From a virus, in the IMG/VR virus record IMGVR_UViG_3300048924_000619, positions 30,138 through 94,137 of that record: a DNA stretch of 64,000 nucleotides; one strand, written 5' to 3'. Position numbers and translations under genes: made by a program. Shown piece by piece: positions 1 through 9,249 of the stretch (its first letter is position 1; every line of letters starts with the position of its first letter). Under the pieces are notes generated by a model, which did not search any database, had not been told where the DNA came from, and worked only from the letters and a program-made list of their open reading frames with translations.

Positions 1-28
1 CCCGCCTGCCATTCAGGAGACGCATAGC

Positions 29-850
29 ATGCGCAAGGTCAAAAAGATGGCCATGCCGGGAATTGAACCCGGCATGGCAGACACGCCGGAGCCGATTTTC
101 GAGGACGTGGATCCGACCACGCTCCTGGTGGACGAGGTCTATCAGCGCAAGCTGTCCGAACGGTCCGTCTCGCTGATCCGGAAGATGGTCGGCACGTGGG
201 ATTGGCGGAAGTTCCAGCCGCCGACCGTGGCGAAGACCGACGCTGGTCTGATGGTGCTCGACGGCCAGCACACGGCGATCGCTGCTGCGTCGCACCCGAT
301 GATTTCCAAGATCAAGGTCAAGGTGGTCGCGGCGCCTGACGTCCAGGCTCAGGCTAAGGCCTTCGTCGGCCTGAACCGCGACCGCATTAACCTGACGACG
401 ACGCAGATGCACCAGGCGGCCGTCGCCGCCGGCGACGAGGACGCGCTGACCATCAAGCAGGTTTGCGAGCGGGCTGGCGTTAGGGTGCTGAATTGCCCGC
501 CGGGCGGCGGCGCGTTCAAGCCCGGCGACACGATGGCCGTGACGGCGATCGGCGCACTGATCAGCCGCCGCGGGGCGAAGGGCGCGCGCGAGGTGCTCGA
601 GGTACTCGCCAACGCCCGCTGTGCGCCGGTGAGCCAATCCGGGATCCGCGCTGTCGAGTGCCTGCTGTACGATCCGGAATATGCGGGACAGGTTCTGGCG
701 CCGGACATCACATCAGCGCTGCTGAAGCTCGGCCAGGCGGCCGACCAGGAAGCGCGCGTGTTCGCGGCCGCCCACAACGTCCAGATCTGGCGCGCCTTGA
801 CCGTGGTGCTCTTCAAGGGAGCTCGCCGTGGACGTCGCCGCGCGGCTTGA
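29..850 (+). CDS. ParB/Srx-like N-terminal domain protein
   Basis: VDEVYQR and VLDGQH motifs typical of the ParB/DGQHR superfamily. Confidence 0.7.
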   Translation: MRKVKKMAMPGIEPGMADTPEPIFEDVDPTTLLVDEVYQRKLSERSVSLIRKMVGTWDWRKFQPPTVAKTDAGLMVLDGQHTAIAAASHPMISKIKVKVVAAPDVQAQAKAFVGLNRDRINLTTTQMHQAAVAAGDEDALTIKQVCERAGVRVLNCPPGGGAFKPGDTMAVTAIGALISRRGAKGAREVLEVLANARCAPVSQSGIRAVECLLYDPEYAGQVLAPDITSALLKLGQAADQEARVFAAAHNVQIWRALTVVLFKGARRGRRRAA

Positions 851-1211
851 GGGCCTCGAGGCGGAGAACGAGCGGCTCCAGTTCCGGGTGGAGGAATTGG
901 AGCGCTGCCTCGGCATGGATGACGACTCCTGCCGGTTCCCCGTCGAATGGCTGCTGACAGCATCCGAGTCGAGGCTGCTCGGATTTCTGATGACGCGCGA
1001 GATGGCCTCCAAGGAGGCGATCCTGCTGGCGCTCTACAGCCTGCGGGCTGACGACGCGCCGGACATCAAGATCGTCGACGTCTTCGTGTGCAAGGCTCGG
1101 AAGAAGCTGAGCCGGTTCGGCGTCCAGATCGAGACGATTTGGGGGCAGGGCTACCGCCTCTGCAGGGCTTCGAAGGACCACATCCGGGCCCTCAAGGAGG
1201 ACTCGGTGTGA
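828..1211 (+). CDS. Stand-alone OmpR-type winged-helix regulator, CtrA C-terminal-like, with N-terminal coiled coil
   Basis: IKIVDVFVCKARKKL...IETIWGQGYRL resembles the CtrA DNA-binding domain; no receiver domain. Confidence 0.8.
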   Translation: MDVAARLEGLEAENERLQFRVEELERCLGMDDDSCRFPVEWLLTASESRLLGFLMTREMASKEAILLALYSLRADDAPDIKIVDVFVCKARKKLSRFGVQIETIWGQGYRLCRASKDHIRALKEDSV

Positions 1212-1334
1212 CGCCTCCCGCCAGCAAAACCGCCAGCGTTGCGGTCGAGGAGTCGGCCTCCCACTCGGAGGATGGGGCGGAGGTCCGACTCGTGGGGGGC
1301 GAGTCGGCCGGTCTGTTGGCGGCCGGCCGCGGCG

Positions 1335-1357
1335 GTCGTGACGGCGCAATAGTCCGC
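1335..1357 (+). promoter_or_regulatory. GTCGTGAC promoter-like element (variant spacing)
   Basis: GTCGTGAC 15 nt before ATG 1358; lacks the A at spacer position 4. Confidence 0.5.
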
Positions 1358-1600
1358 ATGACGAATCACTCCGGGTCCTTCCCGCTGATGGCGATCGCCG
1401 CGGAGCACGGCGTCGAATACGGCGACGTGCTGCTGATGGCGGACCTCTATCGGTGTACCGTCCAACGCCTGCACGTCCCGCGTGGTCGCGCGGTGCTGGC
1501 CAGCCGGGCGGCGTATCGCGTTCAGAAGGCGGGCGGGGTCCGCGCGCTGGTGAGCCTCCGCACGACTTTGGTGCGCCATGCGCTGGGCCGTTGGTCGTGA
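1358..1600 (+). CDS. hypothetical protein
   Basis: ATG follows the GTCGTGAC motif; stop overlaps the next GTG (GTGA). Confidence 0.5.
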   Translation: MTNHSGSFPLMAIAAEHGVEYGDVLLMADLYRCTVQRLHVPRGRAVLASRAAYRVQKAGGVRALVSLRTTLVRHALGRWS

Positions 1601-1902
1601 GTTGCTGCCCGCATTGCGGCGGCGTCCTCCCGCCTGTCATCGCCAGCAAGGGCGGCGGGAATCCGTCGCTCCCGGAAGAACTGCGCCGCGCCGGCCAAGA
1701 GGCCGGTGAGGTTGCGGTTCGGTTGGGCGATGATCTGGTCGGCTGGCGCGGCATGGTCTGGAGCCGGTGCTTGGCGCGCAAGCCAGCAGAATGCTGGGTC
1801 ACGGGCGTCACGATCCCTGTGAGCGGGCCCGCGTGGCGGCCGATCACGAACGGTAAGGACCGACCGCGGCGCGTGGCGGCGTCCGTCTGGGCGGCGATAT
1901 GA
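1597..1902 (+). CDS. hypothetical protein with N-terminal CxxC (CCPHCG)
   Basis: GTG start overlaps upstream stop; stop overlaps helicase ATG (ATGA). Confidence 0.5.
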   Translation: MSCCPHCGGVLPPVIASKGGGNPSLPEELRRAGQEAGEVAVRLGDDLVGWRGMVWSRCLARKPAECWVTGVTIPVSGPAWRPITNGKDRPRRVAASVWAAI

Positions 1903-3059
1903 CCCCGACGCCAGCACAGGCCGCGGCCATCCGCGCCATCGTCGAGTGGTACAAGGGCGGCCGGCGGACGCCTCAGGTGTTCTACCTCGCTGGCTACGCT
2001 GGCACGGGCAAGTCGACGATCTTCAAGGCCGCGCTCGAGGAGCTGCGCGAAAAGGGGGGCCTGAAAAAGCACGCCCTCGCGACATTCACCGGCAAGGCCG
2101 CGTCGGTGCTGCGGAAGAAGGGGAACTACGAGGCCCGCACGATCCACTCGCTGATCTACATCCGTGACGAGTCCGCGGACTCGAAGTGGATCCTCAACTG
2201 GGCGGGCGAAGCCGCGGACGTCGATCTGATCGCACTCGACGAATGCTCCATGGTCGATGAGGCGATGGGGCGCGACGTGCTGGCCTTCGGCAAGAAGGTG
2301 CTCGTCATGGGCGACCCTGGCCAGCTGCCGCCGATCCGTGGCCAGGGGTTCTTTACCACTCGCGAGCCGGACGTCTTCCTGGAGGAGGTGCACCGCCAGG
2401 CCGCGGAGTCGCCGATCATCCGGCTCGCCACGATGGCGCGCGAGGGGAAGCAACTCCCGCTCGGCGAATGGGACGCTGGCGAGCTCGGCTGCGCCCGGGT
2501 GCTCAAGCACGGGCCCGAGACGCAGCGCGAGCTGTATCGGGAGGAGACGCAGGCGCTCTGTGGCCTCCACCGCGTCCGCATCGGCTACACGCAGCGCATC
2601 CGCCGGATCCGTGGCTTTGAGGGCCCGCGGCCGATGGCTGGCGAGACGCTGCTCGTCCGCAAGAACGATCGCGAGCTGGCGATTTTCAACGGGACGTTCG
2701 CCGGGCTGCGCGCGGATCCGCGGCCGTACAAGCGCCGCGCCGGCGACGACGAGTCCGACGCGGCGCTGATCCGCCTCGACATCGAGCCCGAGGACGGCGC
2801 GCCGATCGAAGGCATGCTGACCGACCCGTACCTGTTCGACCGCCACTTCCGAGACGTCCAGGAGCCGCGGTTCCGCAAGGGCATCCAGTGGGTCGACTGG
2901 GGCAACGTCATCACCATGCACTCGGCGCAGGGCTCCGAGTGGCCGGACGTGACCGTCGTCGATGACGGCGGCTCGTTCCGCGAAGACCAGCACCGTTGGC
3001 GCTACGTCGGCCTCACCAGGGCGAGCGAGCGCGTGACGTTTTTGGGGAGGATGGGATGA
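1899..3059 (+). CDS. RecD/Dda-like SF1 DNA helicase
   Basis: Walker A GYAGTGKS, DECSM, GDPGQLPP, HRQA, HSAQGSEW, YVGLTRA. Confidence 0.9.
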   Translation: MTPTPAQAAAIRAIVEWYKGGRRTPQVFYLAGYAGTGKSTIFKAALEELREKGGLKKHALATFTGKAASVLRKKGNYEARTIHSLIYIRDESADSKWILNWAGEAADVDLIALDECSMVDEAMGRDVLAFGKKVLVMGDPGQLPPIRGQGFFTTREPDVFLEEVHRQAAESPIIRLATMAREGKQLPLGEWDAGELGCARVLKHGPETQRELYREETQALCGLHRVRIGYTQRIRRIRGFEGPRPMAGETLLVRKNDRELAIFNGTFAGLRADPRPYKRRAGDDESDAALIRLDIEPEDGAPIEGMLTDPYLFDRHFRDVQEPRFRKGIQWVDWGNVITMHSAQGSEWPDVTVVDDGGSFREDQHRWRYVGLTRASERVTFLGRMG

Positions 3060-3292
3060 GGGGAATTGTGCGAGCGGTCGCGGCCGCAGCTCTTGCGATG
3101 GCGACGGGCGTTGGTCAGCCCTATCGGCCGGGCGCCCCGCGGAACTACGACCTGGACGAGCCCATGGAGGCTTACGTGACGCGTCGCGCGCGCCGCAATG
3201 GTGGCAAGCGTCACAAGGTCGGCGCCTACAAGGGCTCGCGGTTCGCGAAGCGCGCGTCGAAGCGCGGCGGCAACCCGGCGGCGCACGGGTGA
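3056..3292 (+). CDS. hypothetical basic protein
   Basis: ATGA overlap with helicase stop; GGAGG upstream. Confidence 0.5.
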   Translation: MRGIVRAVAAAALAMATGVGQPYRPGAPRNYDLDEPMEAYVTRRARRNGGKRHKVGAYKGSRFAKRASKRGGNPAAHG

Positions 3293-3525
3293 TGGCTATC
3301 GAGACGATGATGCGCACCGTCGAGCGCAGCGATGGATGGTGGATCGTCCAGAAGGGCTGGAAGGACTACGGCCCGTTCGGAAGCGAATCTGACGCCGAGG
3401 CTTGGGGTGACAAGCACATCGACGACCAAGTCTTTGGGGATCCGAACTCCTTCGCTCCGGAACTCCGGACGCGCGCCGAAGAGCCGGTCGTCTTGCTCTT
3501 CACCGCCGGCAATACCGCCAGCTGA
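3289..3525 (+). CDS. hypothetical protein
   Basis: Start coupled to upstream stop; phage-like codon usage. Confidence 0.55.
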   Translation: MMAIETMMRTVERSDGWWIVQKGWKDYGPFGSESDAEAWGDKHIDDQVFGDPNSFAPELRTRAEEPVVLLFTAGNTAS

Positions 3526-3618
3526 CCGCGCGGCCGCCGTGCTCGACAGAGGGAGTGGCGGCCGGCATCAGAATCAGTGGGAACGAGTCTGCCCGCCTGA
3601 AACCGCCGCGGCCGACCG

Positions 3619-3640
3619 GTCGTGACCGGACGATGCGACC
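3619..3640 (+). promoter_or_regulatory. GTCGTGAC-N3-A-N3-T promoter (ssb-terminase operon)
   Basis: GTCGTGAC cggAcgaTgcgacc; short leader containing AAGGGAAG before ssb. Confidence 0.7.
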
Positions 3641-3658
3641 CGAACAAGGGAAGTACGC

Positions 3659-4120
3659 ATGGCTGGTAGCCTCAACAAGGTCACGCTGATCGGGAACGTC
3701 GGCGCCGATCCGGAGATCAAGTCGCTCAACAGCGGCGACCGGGTCGCGAACATCAGGCTCGCCACCTCCGAGACCTGGAAGGACAAGGGCTCCGGCGAGA
3801 AGAAAGAGCGTACGGAGTGGCATCGCATCGTCGTCTTCGGCGACGGCCTGGTCCGGGTGATCGAGAGCTACGTCCGCAAGGGCTCCAAGATCTACATCTC
3901 GGGCGCGCTGCAGACGCGCAAGTGGAACGACCAAGCCGGCGTCGAGAAGTCCTCCACCGAGATCGTGCTCAAGCCGTACAACGGCGAGCTGATCCTGCTC
4001 AGCGGCAAGGCTGAGGGCGGTTCCGACCATGGCGGCGGCTACAGCGGCGGCCAGTCGAGCGGCGCAGCCTCGGGCGGCGCCAACGCGGGCCCGGACGTCG
4101 ACGACACGATTCCGTTCTGA
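3659..4120 (+). CDS. ssb: single-stranded DNA-binding protein
   Basis: MAGSLNKVTLIGNVGADPE, ATSETWKDK, TEWHRIV, acidic tail DDTIPF. Confidence 0.97.
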   Translation: MAGSLNKVTLIGNVGADPEIKSLNSGDRVANIRLATSETWKDKGSGEKKERTEWHRIVVFGDGLVRVIESYVRKGSKIYISGALQTRKWNDQAGVEKSSTEIVLKPYNGELILLSGKAEGGSDHGGGYSGGQSSGAASGGANAGPDVDDTIPF

Positions 4121-4127
4121 GTCCCAC

Positions 4128-4823
4128 ATGGCGGAGGCGTCCCCCGATCTGAAAGACCGGATCCTCGCGGAGATCGCGGCCCATGTGCGCGTCTACGGGC
4201 GCACGCAGTGGGACCGCGTCCGCGAGCGGCCGGAGTTCGCGCCCATCATCGGCAAGGAGTCCGGGGCCGGCGGCCGGCGGAAGTTCTTCCGCTGGGTCGA
4301 CGTGGTCTGCGCGCCCCGGCCGGATGACGCCGTCGGCGCCGGCCGGCCGCATGAGGGGCGGGACGTCGCCGCGGAGGCGCTGAGCGATGCGCAGCGGCGC
4401 GCGCTGCTCGCGGCCCAGAAGAACATCCCGGCCGCGCCGTCGCCGTCGTACATGATGCGCAAGGGTGCCCAGGCGGAAAACCAGATCAACTTCCTGGCGA
4501 TCGTGCACGAGCTGATGGCCGACGTCGGCAAGCTGCGCGGAATGTCCGTCGTCGCGGACGAGGCGGCGGCTGACGGCGAGCGGGTCAAGAATCCGCACCT
4601 GTTCGGCCAGGCGATCGACAAGCGGCTCCGCGTGATGGAGACCGCGCTGAAGGTCATGCAGGAAATCTGGGACCTGCAGTACCAGCAGCGGTTCTACGAC
4701 GAGATCACTGAGATCATCGTCACGGAGCTGGCGGCGATCCCTGACGTGCAGGAGCGCGTCATCCGGCGCCTCGCTGACCTGAACAACCGGCGGGGCATGA
4801 CGCTCTACGCCGAGCCGACCTGA
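4128..4823 (+). CDS. putative terminase small subunit
   Basis: Helical protein translationally coupled directly upstream of TerL; call is positional. Confidence 0.55.
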   Translation: MAEASPDLKDRILAEIAAHVRVYGRTQWDRVRERPEFAPIIGKESGAGGRRKFFRWVDVVCAPRPDDAVGAGRPHEGRDVAAEALSDAQRRALLAAQKNIPAAPSPSYMMRKGAQAENQINFLAIVHELMADVGKLRGMSVVADEAAADGERVKNPHLFGQAIDKRLRVMETALKVMQEIWDLQYQQRFYDEITEIIVTELAAIPDVQERVIRRLADLNNRRGMTLYAEPT

Positions 4824-6925
4824 TGGCGGGCCGGCCGCCGTCGCCATTCAACCGCCGCAAGCCGCGCCCGATCCCGCAAACGGACGCGCTGTCGGCGGCG
4901 ATCGCCCAGCTCGAGGCGCGCACCGGGCACAAGGTGACGCCGGACCAGAAGGCGATCCCGGACGGGATGACGTTCCGCCAGTGGTGCGAGAAGCTCGGGG
5001 CCGAGGGCCTCGAGGTGGACGGCAAGCCGTTCACGCTCCACGACCGGCCGGCGATGGCCTGGATCTACGACCAGATCCCGTCGACGGCGGACGAGGCCTA
5101 CAACCTCGTGCTCGTCCTGATGAAGTGCGCGCAGGTCGGGTTCACCGTCATGGAGATGCTGGCCACGGTCTACCTGGGGCTCAAGTTTGGGCCCTGCACG
5201 GTCGGCATGTTCCTGCCGGACATCAACTTGGCGGGCATGAAGTCAACTGAGCGCTTCATGCCCATCATCCGGTCGATTCCGGATGTGCACGCGCTGATGA
5301 CGCAGGACGCCGCCGACGGCTCCGGCAAGAAGCGGGGCGAGGGCAACGTCAACCGCCGGCGCATCGCCAAGGCCCTGTTCGTCTTCTCCTGGACGTCCGG
5401 CAAGGCGTCGACCGAGTCCGTCCCGATGGACATCCTCTCCTTCGACGAAGTGCAGGAGATGACGAAGGAGCAGCTGGAAAAGACCCAAGAGCGCCTGAGC
5501 GCCTCGCCGGTCCGCTTCACGCTGATGGGCTCGACGGCCAACTGGCCAGACGAAGACATCCACTTCTGGTACAAGAAGGGGTCGCAGCACCAGTTTCACA
5601 CCGAATGCCCGACGTGCCGGGTGAAGAAACCGCTCGACGACTATTTCCCGAGGTGCATCCAGTGGGATGCGGCGCGCCGGGTCTATCGCTACGTCTGCGA
5701 GGCCGGACATTGGATCGACGACCCTCAGATCGGCGAGTGGGTGGCCTTCAACGAGGAGGCTGACCCGGCGATCGACTACACGATCCCGAAGAAGCACTGG
5801 CCGAAGCGGATCCGGTCCATCCACTTCCCCCAGTTCCTGTCGCCGACGATCAGCGCCTCGGACATGATGACCGCCTACAACGAGGCGAGCGACCTCAAGA
5901 ACTACCACAACCGGAAGCTTGGGAAGCCGTTCCTCGACCCGACCGTCACGCCCGTGACGCTCGAGCATTGTGCGCGCGCCGTCGAGCTCGGCCGCGCCGC
6001 CGGCGTCCAGTGGAAGACTCGGGCGCGCGGGACCTTCATGGGCATCGACCAGATGGGCCAGTTCAACGTGCACATCATCAAGGAGCGCCTGCCCGACGGC
6101 CGCCAGGCCGTGATCCACTACGAGGAGACGTACGCGGAGGATCCGTTCGCACGCTCGAGCGAGCTCATGGAGGCCTACGGCGTCCAGGCCTGCGTCGTCG
6201 AGATCAACCCGAATTTCAACGACGCGCACAAATTCGCGAAGCGCCACCCGGGCAAGGTGTTCCTCTGCGACGGGTTCAAGGCGATCGAGGGCGACATGAT
6301 CGTCTGGGGCGACGGGCCGAAGCTCGACGTATCGGACCGGCGAACCGATGAGGACTCACGGACGCGCTACACGGTCAAGGCCGACCAGTACAAATGCATG
6401 CAGACGTCTCTCGCGCGCATCGTGAAGGGCCACTGCCTGTTCCCGGACCCGAAGGAGCTTATCCAGGAGGTCGTCGACAAGGGCGTTCGCCAGCTGGTGC
6501 CCATCCTGCCGCGGCTGTTCCTGCACTTCACGCGCACGGCGCTCGTCGCCGAGAAGGACAAGGAAACCAACAAGTACAAGCGCTCCGTCAAGAAGGTGGG
6601 GCTGGATCCACACGGTTCGTACGCTAACCAATTGTGCGACGTCGCCTGGGCGCGGGCCCACGGCACGGCGAGCTTCATCCTCCCGGAGACTGGCGACGTG
6701 GCAACTGATCAAGCTAAGCAATCTGCCGAAATGGGCATGGTCGGCCTTCCGAACCACGTCGTCAGCATGCTCAACGACCTGCCGCCTGGCGTCTGCGGCC
6801 GCTGCTCGGCCTATCCCTTCGGCGACGACAACGGGCCGCCGGCGCGCGGGATGTGCGCGGAGCGCGGGTTCGAGGTCGCCGCGGCGGATCCGGCCTGCCC
6901 GATGTTCGCGGCGGTCGAGGGCTAA
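4823..6925 (+). CDS. terminase large subunit (lambda gpA-like family)
   Basis: Deviant Walker A LMKCAQVGFT, Walker B FDEVQEM, CPTC Zn motif, nuclease GIDQ. Confidence 0.88.
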   Translation: MAGRPPSPFNRRKPRPIPQTDALSAAIAQLEARTGHKVTPDQKAIPDGMTFRQWCEKLGAEGLEVDGKPFTLHDRPAMAWIYDQIPSTADEAYNLVLVLMKCAQVGFTVMEMLATVYLGLKFGPCTVGMFLPDINLAGMKSTERFMPIIRSIPDVHALMTQDAADGSGKKRGEGNVNRRRIAKALFVFSWTSGKASTESVPMDILSFDEVQEMTKEQLEKTQERLSASPVRFTLMGSTANWPDEDIHFWYKKGSQHQFHTECPTCRVKKPLDDYFPRCIQWDAARRVYRYVCEAGHWIDDPQIGEWVAFNEEADPAIDYTIPKKHWPKRIRSIHFPQFLSPTISASDMMTAYNEASDLKNYHNRKLGKPFLDPTVTPVTLEHCARAVELGRAAGVQWKTRARGTFMGIDQMGQFNVHIIKERLPDGRQAVIHYEETYAEDPFARSSELMEAYGVQACVVEINPNFNDAHKFAKRHPGKVFLCDGFKAIEGDMIVWGDGPKLDVSDRRTDEDSRTRYTVKADQYKCMQTSLARIVKGHCLFPDPKELIQEVVDKGVRQLVPILPRLFLHFTRTALVAEKDKETNKYKRSVKKVGLDPHGSYANQLCDVAWARAHGTASFILPETGDVATDQAKQSAEMGMVGLPNHVVSMLNDLPPGVCGRCSAYPFGDDNGPPARGMCAERGFEVAAADPACPMFAAVEG

Positions 6926-7013
6926 CCGCCCTCAGAACCGCCGGCGCCAGCGGCCTCGCATGGCGATCGCCGAGAGCGCGCGGCCGCTAATCCGACTCGG
7001 GAGCGACGAGTCT

Positions 7014-7035
7014 GTCGTGACGCCACCCTTTCCGG
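7014..7035 (+). promoter_or_regulatory. GTCGTGAC-N3-A-N3-T promoter
   Basis: GTCGTGAC gccAcccTttccgg upstream of ORF 7076. Confidence 0.7.
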
Positions 7036-7075
7036 GTGACGGGCAGGAGCCCGCGCATCTGGAAAGGATGAACCC

Positions 7076-7774
7076 ATGAAGTATGCCTCTGAGCATGCGG
7101 GCGTGCTCACGTCCGTGCACCAGTGGAAGCCGGTCCCAGCCGACCGCTTCGCTCAACTCCTCCACCACTATTCCACGTTCGTCGCTGATCTGAACGGCAA
7201 GGACGCCCTGTCGATCACAGCGATCGCGCTCGACCGCGACGCCACGGCGACCATCTACTACCGTCGCAAGGAGCGCGGCTCGCCCGTCTACTGCCCGGTC
7301 CTGATGACCATGGAAGGCGCCGGCGGAAAGACGCTCTGTTTTGAGACGACCAACCAGGATTCCGCCCTGGACCCTCAGCAGCCGGCGCTCGTGATCCGCT
7401 CGGCGATGGCCGCGCGGGACGTCTACAAGGCTGAGCGCATGAGTGAGGTCGCCCAGCGCGCCGCGGCGTCCCGCAGCGTCGTCGCCATTACCCCACGCAA
7501 GGCCGCGTTTGATGAGATCCGCCGCGCCTACGAGCGCGCAGGCGGCGAGCGCATCAACCTCGGCATCCACCTTTCGACGCAACTCGACCAGCTGCGCGCG
7601 ATCAAGGGGCGGATCGATGGCGTCTGGCTGCACGACGCTGGCCATATCGGTGCCCTGGGCGAGGTCATGGACGTCATCGCCGAGCTGATGGGCGGCAAGG
7701 GCTGGATGGGGATGACCGGCCACACGCCCATGGGCTGGCCGGCGCCGGACGGATTGCCGGGAGAGCGCGCCTGA
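7076..7774 (+). CDS. hypothetical protein
   Basis: 232 aa ORF with AAAGGA upstream and typical codon usage. Confidence 0.7.
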   Translation: MKYASEHAGVLTSVHQWKPVPADRFAQLLHHYSTFVADLNGKDALSITAIALDRDATATIYYRRKERGSPVYCPVLMTMEGAGGKTLCFETTNQDSALDPQQPALVIRSAMAARDVYKAERMSEVAQRAAASRSVVAITPRKAAFDEIRRAYERAGGERINLGIHLSTQLDQLRAIKGRIDGVWLHDAGHIGALGEVMDVIAELMGGKGWMGMTGHTPMGWPAPDGLPGERA

Positions 7775-7786
7775 GCGCTCCGGCCC

Positions 7787-7808
7787 GTCGTGACGGCAGG
7801 CTGAGGCC
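7787..7808 (+). promoter_or_regulatory. GTCGTGAC-N3-A-N3-T promoter heading the RNA island
   Basis: GTCGTGAC ggcAggcTgaggcc, with no long ORF for ~220 nt downstream. Confidence 0.65.
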
Positions 7809-8027
7809 TCATCACCGGGGCGGCGACTCCCGCCCAACAGAACCCACGAGCTCAACCATGAAGCTCTGAACCTGATCGGCGTCACCTGCCGCCCCTCTTG
7901 GGGAAAGTGGTCGAGCCGCCCGGAAGCAGAGCCGGCGCCTGAGGCCTAAGGCGAAACGATTTGGTTCCCTGCCGCTGGGGGTCAGTCAGCGGCGTGAGCA
8001 CGGACGATACCGGCCGAGAGGGGTGAA

Positions 8028-8615
8028 ATGCCCCCACTCCCTTTCCCTCAAATCGGGTGCTCCATGTTCCCTGTGCTGCCGATCTGGCTCGCGCTGCTGT
8101 TATCCGCCCTATTCATCCCCCTGTTCAGCTTCTCCGACCGCGAAGTCGGCGACGGCAAAGAGGGACTCGTCTCACGCGTCCCGGCCATGGACATCGCCAT
8201 CATCGGCGGCGGCATCCTCGGCGTCCTGGCATTCGGGCCGTCATTCGTCGCGGTAGGCGCGCTCTGGGCCGCAAGCCGGTCGATCGGCTTTGGTGACGGG
8301 GACCTCGACCCATCGACCCTCAAGGACGCGCTCCAGTGCGCCAAGCGCTACGTGATCTGGCTTCCTCTGTCGCTGCAGGCGTATTGGCGCGGCGACGACT
8401 GGCGGTTGCTCGCTGGGCCCCTGGCCGTGGCGATTGTGCTGATCATGCTCATGCGCCTGCACTTCGGCGCGATGACCCGCATGGCCCGGGCCGGCGGCTA
8501 TGCACTGGTGGGCGACGAGAACGCCATCATCGAGAGGGTCGGCGGCGGCGTGTTTGGCGCCGCGCTCTTCGCCTACGGCCTGCTGAGGTCGGGCTTGCTG
8601 CACCTTCCAGGGTAG
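8028..8615 (+). CDS. multi-pass membrane protein, hypothetical (start may be ATG 8064)
   Basis: Several hydrophobic segments. Confidence 0.65.
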   Translation: MPPLPFPQIGCSMFPVLPIWLALLLSALFIPLFSFSDREVGDGKEGLVSRVPAMDIAIIGGGILGVLAFGPSFVAVGALWAASRSIGFGDGDLDPSTLKDALQCAKRYVIWLPLSLQAYWRGDDWRLLAGPLAVAIVLIMLMRLHFGAMTRMARAGGYALVGDENAIIERVGGGVFGAALFAYGLLRSGLLHLPG

Positions 8616-8685
8616 CGCGGGAACCTCCGGGTATACGGGGGACATGGGGTTGAGACGGCCGCTGGGGGGAGGGTAGCTTCCTCTC

Positions 8686-8762
<77 letters not shown>

Positions 8763-9249
8763 ATTCGCCCTTTCAGGGCATCCGAGATGCGGACCACGCT
8801 CGAATAGGTGGCAATCCCTCCGGGGCCTGCGGACCGAAAGACTGGCGAGCATGGCGCTAAAGGCAAGCTTCTGGCCCGCGCCGGCTGAAAGGCCGGCAAC
8901 AAGATCCCGTGCGAACGGGGCGCGCTTGATGGGAGGCCCGCGGAAGGGCCGAACGTAGCACCCCTAGTAGGCCGGCCCCGAGGCGGTTCGGGTGCCCGTT
9001 GGCGCCGGCGGTTACGGCGTCAGAGGCCCAATGGGCCGCAGTTGGTGGAAGCCCGGCGCCAGTTTCGCCCCTTCGGGGCGTCCGATGCGTCTTGTTGCAG
9101 GTGCAAGAGCCGGCTGCGGTTGCCCGACGGGGCCACCTAGCGAGTGCCGGACGTGGTTGGTGGTTTGGTCGCCCTAGGCGGCCTCGTCCGCCAGCGATCA
9201 AAACCTGAGGGGTTAATGGGCGGTCACCGACGGGAGACCGCCCAAGACT

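Noticed and set aside
7938-7958. Hammerhead ribozyme-like CTGAG-GCC-TAA-GGC-GAAAC
   Set aside because: Lacks the full CUGANGA core, and I could not build stems I and III with an NUH site
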